Part shown: positions 47,990-56,904 of the stretch, piece after piece
How the letters are laid out: each line of letters starts with the position of its first letter
Numbering within the stretch: the first letter of the stretch is position 1
Assembly (NCBI GenBank): GCA_903895255.1
Contig: CAITTG010000035.1
Span: forward strand, 26,714 to 90,713
Length of the DNA stretch: 64,000 bases
DNA from: an uncultured Verrucomicrobia subdivision 3 bacterium
Lineage (GTDB): Bacteria; Verrucomicrobiota; Verrucomicrobiia; Limisphaerales; UBA11358
Direction of reading: 5' to 3'
The notes under the pieces: generated by a model
Database searches by the model: none
Told to the model about the DNA's origin: nothing
Seen by the model: only the letters and a program-made list of their open reading frames with translations
Made by a program: the position numbers and the translations under genes

Positions 47990-48112
47990 CTTCTCATTTT
48001 TCCCGAACGCACCCGCATTCAGGCTGGATTTGGCACCTGCGTTAAAACCGAAGTCTTAACCGGTTGCCGTGGCTTCATCGGGCCAGTCCCTCTGCCACTC
48101 TGCATGAGATTC
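47990..48112 (-). promoter_or_regulatory. SAM-I (S-box) riboswitch aptamer
   Basis: The minus strand reads UCUCAUGCAGAGUGGCAGAGGGACUGGCCCGAUGAAGCCACGGCAACC...GGUGCCAAAUCCAGCC...AAAAUGAGA. It contains the invariant GAGGGA, UGGCCCGAUGAA, GGCAACC and GGUGCYAAAUCCAGC blocks and a closing P1 (UCUCAU/AUGAGA). Confidence 0.9.
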
Positions 48113-48221
48113 GTTGTATCAACGAATGCGGATAAAATGATGCATGGGGCGGTGAGTGTCAAATTTAATTTTGCGAACCAGGCTATCCGCCGGACCGGGC
48201 GCGGTAAGCGGAATTAATCCC

Positions 48222-49340
48222 TCATTTGCCCGCATTTTTATATTCATCCTCCCGCTCGCCGCCAAACTGGACCCATTCCTTGGATTTCTCCCGTTGCTTG
48301 AGCTTGCCCTGCCGCTCCAAAATCGCTTTGCGCTCCTGGCGCCGGGTTTCCAATTGTTTTATTTCCGCGTCCATGTCCAGATACGCCTGCAAACGCTCCG
48401 GGCTAAGCGTGCCTTTGGCCAGTGCGGCTCGCAGGGCGCAACCGGCGTCGGTGCCGTGTTTGCAATCAGCGAATTCGCACCCGGCCGCCAGCCTGGCGAT
48501 GTCGGAAAAACTTTCGCGCAACGTCCGTTCATCCGTCCACATCTGGACTTCCTTGATGCCGGGATTGTCAATAATCATGCCGCCGCCGGGCAGCAACATG
48601 AGTTCGCGCGCGGTCGTCGTATGCCGGCCTTTGCCGGTGATCTCGTTCACCGAGCCCGTCCACTGGCTGTCATCTCCCAAGAGGCGGTTGATGATCGCGG
48701 ATTTGCCCACGCCGCTGGAGCCGATGAAAGCGATCGTCTGCCCGGGCGCCAGGTAACCCTTGATGAGCGCCAGGCCTTTGCGGGTTTTGGCGCTGGTCAC
48801 GTGGACATCGGCGGCGGTCTGCAATTTGGCAACCGTCCGCGCAGCCCGCAGGTTTTTGGTGTCGGAAAAAAGATCCGCCTTGTTCAGCAGCACCACGGCC
48901 TTGGCGCCGCTGCGCGCGATGATGCTGAAAAAACGTTCCAGGCGCCGCACGTTGAAGTCCGCGCCCGCATCCGTCACCACGATCACCGTGGAGATATTGG
49001 CCGCGATCACCTGTTCCCGTTCACTGTCACCCACCGCCCGGCGGGACAGGCAGCTTTGCCGTGGCAGGCAGGCTTGAATGGTGGCGGCTTTGCCGGTGGC
49101 ATCCACTGCCAGCGCCACCCAGTCACCCACCGCTGGCAGGTCTGAATTGGCCTCCGCTTGGTGAAATACCTTGCCGCTTAAGGTCGCCTCCACTTCGATT
49201 AAATCGTCCGCCCCCGCCACCAAAACCCCGTAAGTGATGCGGTTCCCCCGCACCAACCGGCCCGGTTGCCAGCCCTTGGCTTGATAGGGGGCGAAATTCG
49301 CGGCAAACCCTTCGTTCCAACCCAGGTCCGTGAGCGTCAT
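48222..49340 (-). CDS. rsgA: Ribosome small-subunit-dependent GTPase A
   Basis: Trimmed to the ATG at 49340 (MTLTDLGWNEGF...). LLNKADL, GSSGVGKSAIINRL, GRHTTT, Zn cluster CEFADCKHGTDAGC. Confidence 0.9.
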   Translation of the reverse strand: MTLTDLGWNEGFAANFAPYQAKGWQPGRLVRGNRITYGVLVAGADDLIEVEATLSGKVFHQAEANSDLPAVGDWVALAVDATGKAATIQACLPRQSCLSRRAVGDSEREQVIAANISTVIVVTDAGADFNVRRLERFFSIIARSGAKAVVLLNKADLFSDTKNLRAARTVAKLQTAADVHVTSAKTRKGLALIKGYLAPGQTIAFIGSSGVGKSAIINRLLGDDSQWTGSVNEITGKGRHTTTARELMLLPGGGMIIDNPGIKEVQMWTDERTLRESFSDIARLAAGCEFADCKHGTDAGCALRAALAKGTLSPERLQAYLDMDAEIKQLETRRQERKAILERQGKLKQREKSKEWVQFGGEREDEYKNAGK

Positions 49341-49344
49341 CGGT

Positions 49345-50007
49345 TCACTCCTCGGCCTCCTCCGGCGCGGCCTCCGTTTCGTCGGCTTCCAATTCCAACT
49401 CCGAGGCCTCCCAGCCCTTGGCCAGCGTCCGCTCCACGTAACCCAGCAATTCATTCCGGCCCTGGCCGGTGACGGCCGAGGTGGTGAACATCTCCGGCAC
49501 ATCCTCCCACCACAACGCCATCTGCGTGCGAAACAGCTCCATGTTGGCTTTTAATTGCGTGGGCTTGGTCTTGTCTGATTTCGTGAAAACCAGCACAAAC
49601 CGGGTGGAACGATCCCCCAGCCATTTGACGAATTCCAAATCAATTCCCTGGGGTTCATGGCGTCCGTCAATCAGCACGAACACACAGGCCAGGCTCGGCC
49701 GGTGCGCGATGTAATTGGTCACCGCGTCATTGAATTTGGCGCTGTTCTCCCGGGCCACTTTCGCGAAGCCGTAGCCCGGCAGATCCACCAGATACCATTC
49801 GTTATTGATGATGAAAAAATTGATCAACTTGGTGAACCCGGGCGTGATGCTGACCCGCGCCAGGTCCTTTTTGCCCGAGAGCAGGTTCAGCAGCGAGGAT
49901 TTACCCACGTTGGAACGCCCAATGAAGGCAAATTCCGGCAGGCTCTCCGGTGGACACATCTCCAGATCGGGAGCGCTCAGATCAAAATCGGCGGACTTAA
50001 TATGCAT
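49345..50007 (-). CDS. engB: Ribosome biogenesis GTP-binding protein YihA/YsxC (EngB)
   Basis: 220 aa. GRSNVGKSSLLN, DLPGYGFA, TKSDK. Acidic C-terminal tail. Confidence 0.9.
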   Translation of the reverse strand: MHIKSADFDLSAPDLEMCPPESLPEFAFIGRSNVGKSSLLNLLSGKKDLARVSITPGFTKLINFFIINNEWYLVDLPGYGFAKVARENSAKFNDAVTNYIAHRPSLACVFVLIDGRHEPQGIDLEFVKWLGDRSTRFVLVFTKSDKTKPTQLKANMELFRTQMALWWEDVPEMFTTSAVTGQGRNELLGYVERTLAKGWEASELELEADETEAAPEEAEE

Positions 50008-50241
50008 GATATAATGGCAACCCGGTTATTGTGCCGTAAATACCGCCAAACGAACATCCCTATCTTTAACTCCCGACTTTTAAGTTCCCGGAGGACGGGC
50101 TGGACTGTTTCCAGAATGTAACAAAAATCTCCTGTAGCCTCATCCGCAAATCTGGCAGTCATAAGCCACCAAATGTTAATCATGAATGTTTCAACCCGGT
50201 TTCCGCTGATGGTGCGGACGGTCAGTTCCCAATAAATTCCC

Positions 50242-51444
50242 ATGACGGCCAAACCCACTCCCGACAGCGGCAAGGGTGACCTTGCCCGGAAATTTCTGAA
50301 AGCCACCAGCGACCTGGTGTTTCACCATGTCCACGGCAGCCAGCTCATTTATAATACCTGCTGGGAGGATCCCCGCCTGGACCGCCAGTTGATGCAGTTG
50401 GATGCCAGCAGCAAGGTGGTGATGATTACTAGCGCCGGTTGCAACGCGCTGGATTACCTGCTCGACGGCCCGGCCGAAATTCATACCGTCGATGTCAATT
50501 TCCGTCAAAACGCGCTGTTGGAACTCAAGCTGGCCCTCCTGCGCCGGGGCAAATTTATGGACTTCTTTGAGTTCTTCGGCATCGGCTCCCACAGCGACAA
50601 CGCGGCCATTTACAAATCGCTAAAAAAGGATCTGCCCGAGTTCGCCCGCAAATTTTGGGACGGCCACCTGCACTTTTTCAACCCAGGTGGCATCAAGAAA
50701 TCTTTCTATTATCACGGTACCTCCGGCGCGGCCGCCTGGCTGCTGGGGGGCGTCCTCTTCAAGGCCAAACCCAACATCAAAAATTTCGCAATGTGCCTGC
50801 TGGATGCCAAGACCCGGGAGGAACAGAAGGAGATTTACGCCCTGTTGGAACCCAAAATCTGGGGCAATCTCAGCAACTGGCTCATCCGCCAGCGCATGGT
50901 CATGACCTTGCTTGGCGTTCCGGGACCGCAGATAAAACTGATTGAGGACTCCTATCCCGGCGGCTTGGAAAGTTACATCAAGGACAAACTCCGTCATGTC
51001 ATGACGGAACTGCCCGCCACCGACAATTATTTCTGGCGGGTGTACATCACCGGTTCCTACACCATGGATTGCTGCCCGAATTATCTGCGCCGGTCCCATT
51101 TTGCGACGCTGCAAGAGCGCAGCGGGCGCATCCAGACGCACACCAGCACGTTAAGCCAGTTTCTCCAGCAGCATCCCGGAACCTACAGTCATTATGTGTT
51201 GCTGGACCATCAGGACTGGCTGGCCTGGCACGATGCCGCCGCACTCTTGGAAGAGTGGGAACTCATCCTGGCCAACAGCCGTCCCGGCACCAAAATCCTC
51301 ATGCGTTCCGCCGGACTGGACCTGAGTTTTGTCCCGCCCACCGTGCTGAAGCGCCTGCGCTTCTTCCCCAAAATCACCGAGCCGATGCATCTCACCGACC
51401 GGGTGGGCACTTACGGCAGCCTGCATTTTGCTGAAGTTCTATGA
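50242..51444 (+). CDS. btaA: BtaA-like S-adenosylmethionine:diacylglycerol 3-amino-3-carboxypropyl transferase (DUF3419)
   Basis: 400 aa. YNTCWEDPRLDRQ, ITSAGCNALDYLL and NYFWRVYITGSY fit DUF3419/BtaA. ATGA start/stop overlap with the following methyltransferase. Confidence 0.8.
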   Translation: MTAKPTPDSGKGDLARKFLKATSDLVFHHVHGSQLIYNTCWEDPRLDRQLMQLDASSKVVMITSAGCNALDYLLDGPAEIHTVDVNFRQNALLELKLALLRRGKFMDFFEFFGIGSHSDNAAIYKSLKKDLPEFARKFWDGHLHFFNPGGIKKSFYYHGTSGAAAWLLGGVLFKAKPNIKNFAMCLLDAKTREEQKEIYALLEPKIWGNLSNWLIRQRMVMTLLGVPGPQIKLIEDSYPGGLESYIKDKLRHVMTELPATDNYFWRVYITGSYTMDCCPNYLRRSHFATLQERSGRIQTHTSTLSQFLQQHPGTYSHYVLLDHQDWLAWHDAAALLEEWELILANSRPGTKILMRSAGLDLSFVPPTVLKRLRFFPKITEPMHLTDRVGTYGSLHFAEVL

Positions 51445-52130
51445 GCACGGGTGCCAACAGACCCGCACCGGCGGCGAAACTCACGCCCATTGAAAAATAC
51501 TACCGGTTGCATGCGCGCATTTATGATGCGACGCGCTGGACTTTCTTATTCGGACGCACCGCCATATTGGTGGATATCGCCGCCTTGACCAAGCCCGTGC
51601 GGATTTTGGAAGTGGGGTGTGGCACCGGCAAAAATCTGGCGAGCCTTTGCCAGCGGTTTCCGCAGGCTGCGATTACCGGCCTCGATCTCTCCGAGCAAAT
51701 GCTCGCGGTTGCGCGACGGAAAACCGCTCATTACGGCTCGCGTGTCGGCTTCCTGCACCGGGCGTATGATGCGCCGCTCGGAGATTTGGCGGGGTACGAT
51801 CTCATTCTCTTCTCCTACGCGCTCTCCATGTTCAACCCGGGTTTTGAAACGGCCATTCAGGCGGCGGCGGCGGACCTGGCTCCGGGCGGTTACCTGGCCG
51901 TGGTTGATTTTCATGCCACCCGCTTTCCAGCGTTTGAACGCTGGATGGGGGTCAACCATGTGCGCATGAACGCCCAGTTGCGCCCGTTGTTGCAGGCGCA
52001 ATTCGCCCCGCAACTCGACCGGGTGGACCACGCTTACGGCGGTGTCTGGCAATACCTCACCTTCATTGGTCGCAAAAAAAACCGCCCGTTGATTCACGGC
52101 CGCGATACAAACGGATTGCCCCGCTCGTAG
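51441..52130 (+). CDS. btaB: Class I SAM-dependent methyltransferase, BtaB-like
   Basis: 229 aa. ILEVGCGTGKNL motif I. Translationally coupled to the btaA-like gene. Confidence 0.7.
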   Translation: MSTGANRPAPAAKLTPIEKYYRLHARIYDATRWTFLFGRTAILVDIAALTKPVRILEVGCGTGKNLASLCQRFPQAAITGLDLSEQMLAVARRKTAHYGSRVGFLHRAYDAPLGDLAGYDLILFSYALSMFNPGFETAIQAAAADLAPGGYLAVVDFHATRFPAFERWMGVNHVRMNAQLRPLLQAQFAPQLDRVDHAYGGVWQYLTFIGRKKNRPLIHGRDTNGLPRS

Positions 52131-52642
52131 AATCGCAGCTTGCGCCGGGCCCAGTGCCGGGCGTAGTCCACCCCAATCCGGGGCCGCGCGACAATCCTCA
52201 CCGCTGCCGCGCCCGGATCGGTGATGAAAAAGTCGTCGCTCAGCAGGTCGTGGCCATTCCATTGCCGGTCAATGCCCAGGGCCCGGCAGAGCAGTCCCGG
52301 TCCGCTGGTGCGCCCGGACAGGCCGGCCAACGGTTCCAGCGCGCGCAGTAAAACCGCCGCCCCATGGCCGGCCGGTTCAGTCACGACGTTCAGGCAGTGA
52401 TGAATGCCGTATATCAGGTAAACGTAACTGTACCCCGGCGGACCGAACATGATCCGGGTGCGTTCGGTCAGGCCCTTGGAGGAATGAGCCGCCAGGTCAT
52501 GGGGCCCAAGATACGCCTCCACCTCCACAATGCGTCCCATGCGATTTCCCTCCGAAGTGACCCGCACCAGATGTTTGCCCAGCAACTCCCGGGCGACCAC
52601 GATGGTGTCGCGGTTGTAAAAGGAGCGGGGCAGCGGTTGCAT
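52094..52642 (-). CDS. DNA-3-methyladenine glycosylase (MPG/AAG family)
   Basis: Trimmed to the ATG at 52642 (MQPLPRSFYNRDTIVVARELLGK...). IVEVEAYLGPHDLAAHS, MFGPPGYSYVYLIYG. Confidence 0.85.
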   Translation of the reverse strand: MQPLPRSFYNRDTIVVARELLGKHLVRVTSEGNRMGRIVEVEAYLGPHDLAAHSSKGLTERTRIMFGPPGYSYVYLIYGIHHCLNVVTEPAGHGAAVLLRALEPLAGLSGRTSGPGLLCRALGIDRQWNGHDLLSDDFFITDPGAAAVRIVARPRIGVDYARHWARRKLRFYERGNPFVSRP

Positions 52643-52652
52643 CGGGTTCAAT

Positions 52653-55274
52653 TTATTGCCCGTTGCATTCGCAGGTCGCAAAGGCGCGGCGGCCATCCGG
52701 CCAGGCGGCTTCCGCTTCCACCCAGTTGGGGACGGGCCCGCTGGCTTGCCAGATCCAGGTTGCGCCCACGCGGGGCTCCTGGCCCACAGCCTCCCAGACC
52801 ACGCTGGCTTGGCTCAAATCCATTCCTGGGACCGTCAGGCTTAGCCGGAGCGGCATGCCGGTGGTTGCATGGGCCGGCACCCCCAGAATGTTCGCGGGAG
52901 CGCAGCGCCAGGTTTGATTGGTCAGGGATGTTTGCGTCATTAAGAACACCATCGTGGCCAGGGTTCGCGTCTGGTCCACCACCACAGCCTCGGTCTTGGT
53001 GTTGAAACTTTCCCCCCAGCGGTCGTACAGCGGATAGGGTGCCTGCTTGAGCCCGTCGGAGGGAAACGTCACGGACCCCAATTGCCGGCCATAGTTATTG
53101 AGATATTGAAAGCCATCCACGACGTCTCCAACCAGCAAGCCGGTGGGCGGCAGGCGGCGGCGGCTGTTCAGTGCGAACTGGCTGACCAGTTCCCGTTGCG
53201 GATGGTGGCCCAGGCCGGTGACGTAACACACATTCACCGGATTGTTGCCGAGTTCGTAATTCACATTGGCCAGGATGGCCCGCAGCCATTCCGGTCGATG
53301 GTCCAGCTCCCAGCCCACGGCCAGATCAAAGGCGTGGCTGCTGGAAAAATACCAGCCGGCTGACATGAAGCGCTTCGACGCTTCCGGAAAACTCGTCCCG
53401 TAAGCGCACTCCTCCGAGTACTTGCACTCGTCCGCGGCACACTCTTTGATTTCCTCCTCGCACCGCGCCAGATAAGACCTGTCCAGCCGGCTGGCCGGCA
53501 ACCGGCCGCTCCGGGCCGCGAAGGCATAACTGCGTATCGCGCACCCATAACCCTCAAACATCCGGTCCCAGGACCAATGCCGGGTTTTGGGGTCCGCCGG
53601 ATCAAAATGCGCCTGCAAATCCTGTTCGTAATTGGGATCGCCAGTGGCCAGGAACAATTCGGTGGCCGCCCACGCCAGCTCATCATCGTGGATGAACATG
53701 TCCCCGTAATGGGTGATTTTCTGGTAGGCCCCGTCCCGGCCATGGGCGGCGATGGCCCGTTGTAAAAACTGCCAGCCCCGCAATGCCGTGCGTTCATAGT
53801 TGGCCGCGGCTTCGGGAAATTCCCGCCGGAAAGTGGGCGAGGACCCCAATTGCGCCAGTGCCGCCACCGCCGCCGCCGTGGCGGAGGTGTTTTTCGGATA
53901 AACTACCTGCGGATCTCCCTGGTCCGGCGGCACGTTGTCCTCGTATTTCCGGTTGCGGGGATACACCATGAAATAGAATCCGCCGTCCGCATCTTGCAAT
54001 TTTGCCAGATAATCCGCCTCCCATTTCGCTTCCTGCAGCAGGTCGCTTCGGCCATCGCCGCTCTCCGGCAAGCCCAGGTTGTCCAGTACGGACGCGCCGG
54101 GAAAGTTATCCACCGCGAACACCAGGAAGTGAATCATCTCCGCGCTATCAATGGTATATTTGCTGTAATCCCCCGCGTCGTGATGCCCGCCCGCCACCTC
54201 CAACGGACCCGGATTCACAAATGGATACAAGCTGGCCGCCACCCCCTTGAGCAGGGGGGCGGTGTGGCGGGGATTCTTCTTCGCGTCCCAGGTCAACCCG
54301 GCCAGGATGTGTTCCACCGCGGGGAAGTCCGGGGTGGGTACCATTGCTGGATTGGTGTGGCAAACCCCATGCGTAAACCGGGTGAACGGCAGTTCCAAGG
54401 CGGTGCCGCACCGCTGATGGTATAATCCCAGTGCCACGGTGCGCGCCCAATTCGCCGCCGCGCCTTCGTTAATCGCAAACTCCTCCGAGGCCCCCAGTCC
54501 CGGCACGACCAGGCGATAGTGTCCGGTGTTGGTCACCGAGCTAAAATCCGCCGACCAGACTTTTTGGTATGGCGTTGGCCGGATGGTGAAGCCCCGGTCC
54601 GGCCGGGCCTGCAACTGGCCGCTCAGCACCGCTCTGCCCGTGTCCGATGCGATGACTTGAAAGGTCTTTTCCCCCGGCCAGACCAGTTCGCCCCGGCTGC
54701 CCAGATAATACCCCACCATCGCGATTTTGGGGAATTGCGGCACATAGCCGGTTTGATTGATGTGAATGGCCGGACTCCACCGGAGCGGGTCCGTGTCCGC
54801 TAGGAAGCGGATGGACTGGTCCCAGAGTTGTCCGTCGGGGTTAGTCACCTGCACGGGAACGCCGGCGGGCAGGGGATGGGTCAGCCGCAGATACAGCCAG
54901 TTGCCCAGCCGCAGGTCCCGGGGAGCGAGTGGTGCATACACCGCGCGGCGTTTAAAACCCACCTCCACCACCGAAATTTCCTGGTCCCCGGCCCGCACTT
55001 GGAAGGCGCTGGAAGCGGGCATTCTGGGCGTGCCATTGGTTCCAACAAAATCCCACACCCCATCCCCCGGGCCAGCTGCGGGACGCGTGGTGATGAGTGT
55101 GAGTTCGAGCCACTCCGGGGTGAGCACCCGGAGCCGGTAGTCGCCGACTTGGGGCAATTGCAAGCGGGTCGCTTCCGCGTCGGTCAGTTCGGAACCGGCA
55201 AAGGTCTGACTGGCCAGAACTAACACCAGACTTAGGATGGTGACGATGGTTAAAGTAATCTTAATGGTCGGCAT
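52653..55274 (-). CDS. Secreted glycoside hydrolase family 9 protein with N-terminal Ig-like (CelD_N-type) domains
   Basis: Trimmed to the ATG at 55274 (MPTIKITLTIVTILSLVLVLASQTFA signal). GH9 motifs GGHHDAGDYSKYT, DADGGFY, YVTGLG. Confidence 0.85.
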   Translation of the reverse strand: MPTIKITLTIVTILSLVLVLASQTFAGSELTDAEATRLQLPQVGDYRLRVLTPEWLELTLITTRPAAGPGDGVWDFVGTNGTPRMPASSAFQVRAGDQEISVVEVGFKRRAVYAPLAPRDLRLGNWLYLRLTHPLPAGVPVQVTNPDGQLWDQSIRFLADTDPLRWSPAIHINQTGYVPQFPKIAMVGYYLGSRGELVWPGEKTFQVIASDTGRAVLSGQLQARPDRGFTIRPTPYQKVWSADFSSVTNTGHYRLVVPGLGASEEFAINEGAAANWARTVALGLYHQRCGTALELPFTRFTHGVCHTNPAMVPTPDFPAVEHILAGLTWDAKKNPRHTAPLLKGVAASLYPFVNPGPLEVAGGHHDAGDYSKYTIDSAEMIHFLVFAVDNFPGASVLDNLGLPESGDGRSDLLQEAKWEADYLAKLQDADGGFYFMVYPRNRKYEDNVPPDQGDPQVVYPKNTSATAAAVAALAQLGSSPTFRREFPEAAANYERTALRGWQFLQRAIAAHGRDGAYQKITHYGDMFIHDDELAWAATELFLATGDPNYEQDLQAHFDPADPKTRHWSWDRMFEGYGCAIRSYAFAARSGRLPASRLDRSYLARCEEEIKECAADECKYSEECAYGTSFPEASKRFMSAGWYFSSSHAFDLAVGWELDHRPEWLRAILANVNYELGNNPVNVCYVTGLGHHPQRELVSQFALNSRRRLPPTGLLVGDVVDGFQYLNNYGRQLGSVTFPSDGLKQAPYPLYDRWGESFNTKTEAVVVDQTRTLATMVFLMTQTSLTNQTWRCAPANILGVPAHATTGMPLRLSLTVPGMDLSQASVVWEAVGQEPRVGATWIWQASGPVPNWVEAEAAWPDGRRAFATCECNGQ

Positions 55275-55335
55275 CCTAAACCGGCCGGGGTGGCTTGCCA
55301 AGGCGGTTGCTTGGCCAGTTGATGCGCCCGCTGCC

Positions 55336-56154
55336 TCAAACGTGGATGGCCACGTTTTTGCCGGCGGGTGCCCGGCGCTTTTTTTCCAAGGCCGCTGTTA
55401 GGTAATCCAGCCAGACGGCCATGCCCGCGCCGGTCTTGGAGGATAATTCAAAAATGGTTGCATGGTGGCTGGCCCTTCCCAAATTGGCCAGGGCCACGGT
55501 TCGGTCGAAACCCGCCGCCGCAGCCATGTCGCTTTTGGTAATGACCGCAACATTGGCGGAATGGAACATCGGGGGATACTTGAGTGGTTTGTCCTCGCCT
55601 TCCGTGACCGAAAGTAGCACCACCCGCAAATCTTCGCCCAGATCGTAATCCGCCGGGCAAACCAGATTGCCCACATTTTCAATCACCAGCACGTCCACGC
55701 GGTCCAGGTCGATCTCGGCCGCGGCCCGGGAAATCATTTCCGCATCCAGGTGACACACCGTGCCCGTCGTAATTTGGACCACGGGAATGCCGGCGGTGCG
55801 AAGCCGCGCCGCGTCGTTATCGGTGGCGAGATCCCCTACAATAACGCCCACGCGGAGACGTCCGGCCAAATTCACGGCCGTTTCCCGAATGAAGGTGGTT
55901 TTGCCGGAACCGGGTGAGGAAACCACGTTGAGCACCAGCAGTTTTTTGTCGCGAAAGTAGCCCCGGTTTTGCTCCGCCCCCCGGCTGTTTTTCTCCAGCA
56001 GGGAACGCTGGAGGGACACTGTCTGCGTCCCGTGATGATGCTGCCCGTGCTCATGACCATGTCTGTGTTGATGGCCGTGGCCATGTTCCGATTCATGCTC
56101 ATGGCCGCCAATGGTGATCTTTCCACCCAGTCCACATCCACATTCTTTGCACAT
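55336..56154 (-). CDS. hypB: Hydrogenase/urease nickel incorporation GTPase HypB with His-rich N-terminus
   Basis: MCKECGCG... HEHESEHGHGHQHRHGHEHGQHHH stretch, P-loop SSPGSGKTT, ENVGNLVCPA. Confidence 0.9.
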   Translation of the reverse strand: MCKECGCGLGGKITIGGHEHESEHGHGHQHRHGHEHGQHHHGTQTVSLQRSLLEKNSRGAEQNRGYFRDKKLLVLNVVSSPGSGKTTFIRETAVNLAGRLRVGVIVGDLATDNDAARLRTAGIPVVQITTGTVCHLDAEMISRAAAEIDLDRVDVLVIENVGNLVCPADYDLGEDLRVVLLSVTEGEDKPLKYPPMFHSANVAVITKSDMAAAAGFDRTVALANLGRASHHATIFELSSKTGAGMAVWLDYLTAALEKKRRAPAGKNVAIHV

Positions 56155-56155
56155 A

Positions 56156-56497
56156 TCAACCGATCTCCACGGAACTGATTTCCAGTTCGCGTCCCCTTTG
56201 TAATTCGCCGTTTAAATTTTCGCAGCGGGGGCATTCGCTGAAAAAATGTTCACAGCCATACTCCGCGCGGCAGTCCGGGCACCAGCCGGTGGCTGGCACC
56301 GTTTCCACCGTCAAGCGGGCGCCCTCGGCGAGCGTGCCGCGGCACACCACGTCGAAGGCGAACCGCAACGCATCGGGAACCACCCCGCTCAGGGTGCCCA
56401 CGCGCAGATGCAACGCCAGCACCCGGGCGGCACCGGCGGTTTTTGCCGTTTCCAAGGCAGTCCGCACCGCCTCTTCCATGATCGCCACTTCGTGCAT
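56156..56497 (-). CDS. hypA: Nickel insertion protein HypA
   Basis: 113 aa. MHE N-terminus and CxxC...CxxC zinc motif (CPDC...CPRC). Confidence 0.9.
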   Translation of the reverse strand: MHEVAIMEEAVRTALETAKTAGAARVLALHLRVGTLSGVVPDALRFAFDVVCRGTLAEGARLTVETVPATGWCPDCRAEYGCEHFFSECPRCENLNGELQRGRELEISSVEIG

Positions 56498-56678
56498 ATG
56501 AACTGTTTATACAGTGCGCTCATTTCCATTAATCGCTAACCATCTTTTGTCAGTCTGTGTGCATAATTTGAGGCTTCGCCCGGACCAGGCTTGATCCGCC
56601 TCCCTTTCCCCGCCGTGCGGGGAGGCTTGTACTTTGCTGATGGTTGACAGTGCGGGGGAACTAGACCAACACTAACCC

Positions 56679-56825
56679 ATGAAATCGTTGCTAATGTTTT
56701 GGCCGGCGGCAGTCGCCGCCGCCGGGCTTTTGCTGGGGGGATGTTCCACCGGTTCTTCCGCCGCCAGCAACCCGCCTGTTTTGAGTGGCTATGTCAGCGG
56801 CGCGGCGGCGATGACCGCCCATTAG
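56679..56825 (+). CDS. Candidate small lipoprotein (48 aa, below the ORF-track length cutoff)
   Basis: My translation: MKSLLMFWPAAVAAAGLLLGGCSTGSSAASNPPVLSGYVSGAAAMTAH. Has a signal peptide plus LLGGC lipobox. Confidence 0.4.
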   Translation: MKSLLMFWPAAVAAAGLLLGGCSTGSSAASNPPVLSGYVSGAAAMTAH

Positions 56826-56904
56826 CAAACCACTAAAGACGGCCCGGATAATTTACCCCTTCGCCTCGCGTTAGGTTCCGCCCATGGTGCCATCCGGACA
56901 ATTC

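Noticed and set aside
48156-49145. 329-aa plus-strand ORF, and the N-terminal 54 codons of track ORF 48222-49502
   Set aside because: The plus ORF is antisense to rsgA. The upstream extension of the minus ORF overlaps engB and is Arg/Pro-rich. RsgA homology starts at the ATG at 49340.
55336-56497. A hydrogenase gene cluster around hypAB
   Set aside because: Neighbouring ORFs translate to a GH9 enzyme and a UbiA/TIM-barrel pair. No NiFe large- or small-subunit motifs were seen anywhere in the window.
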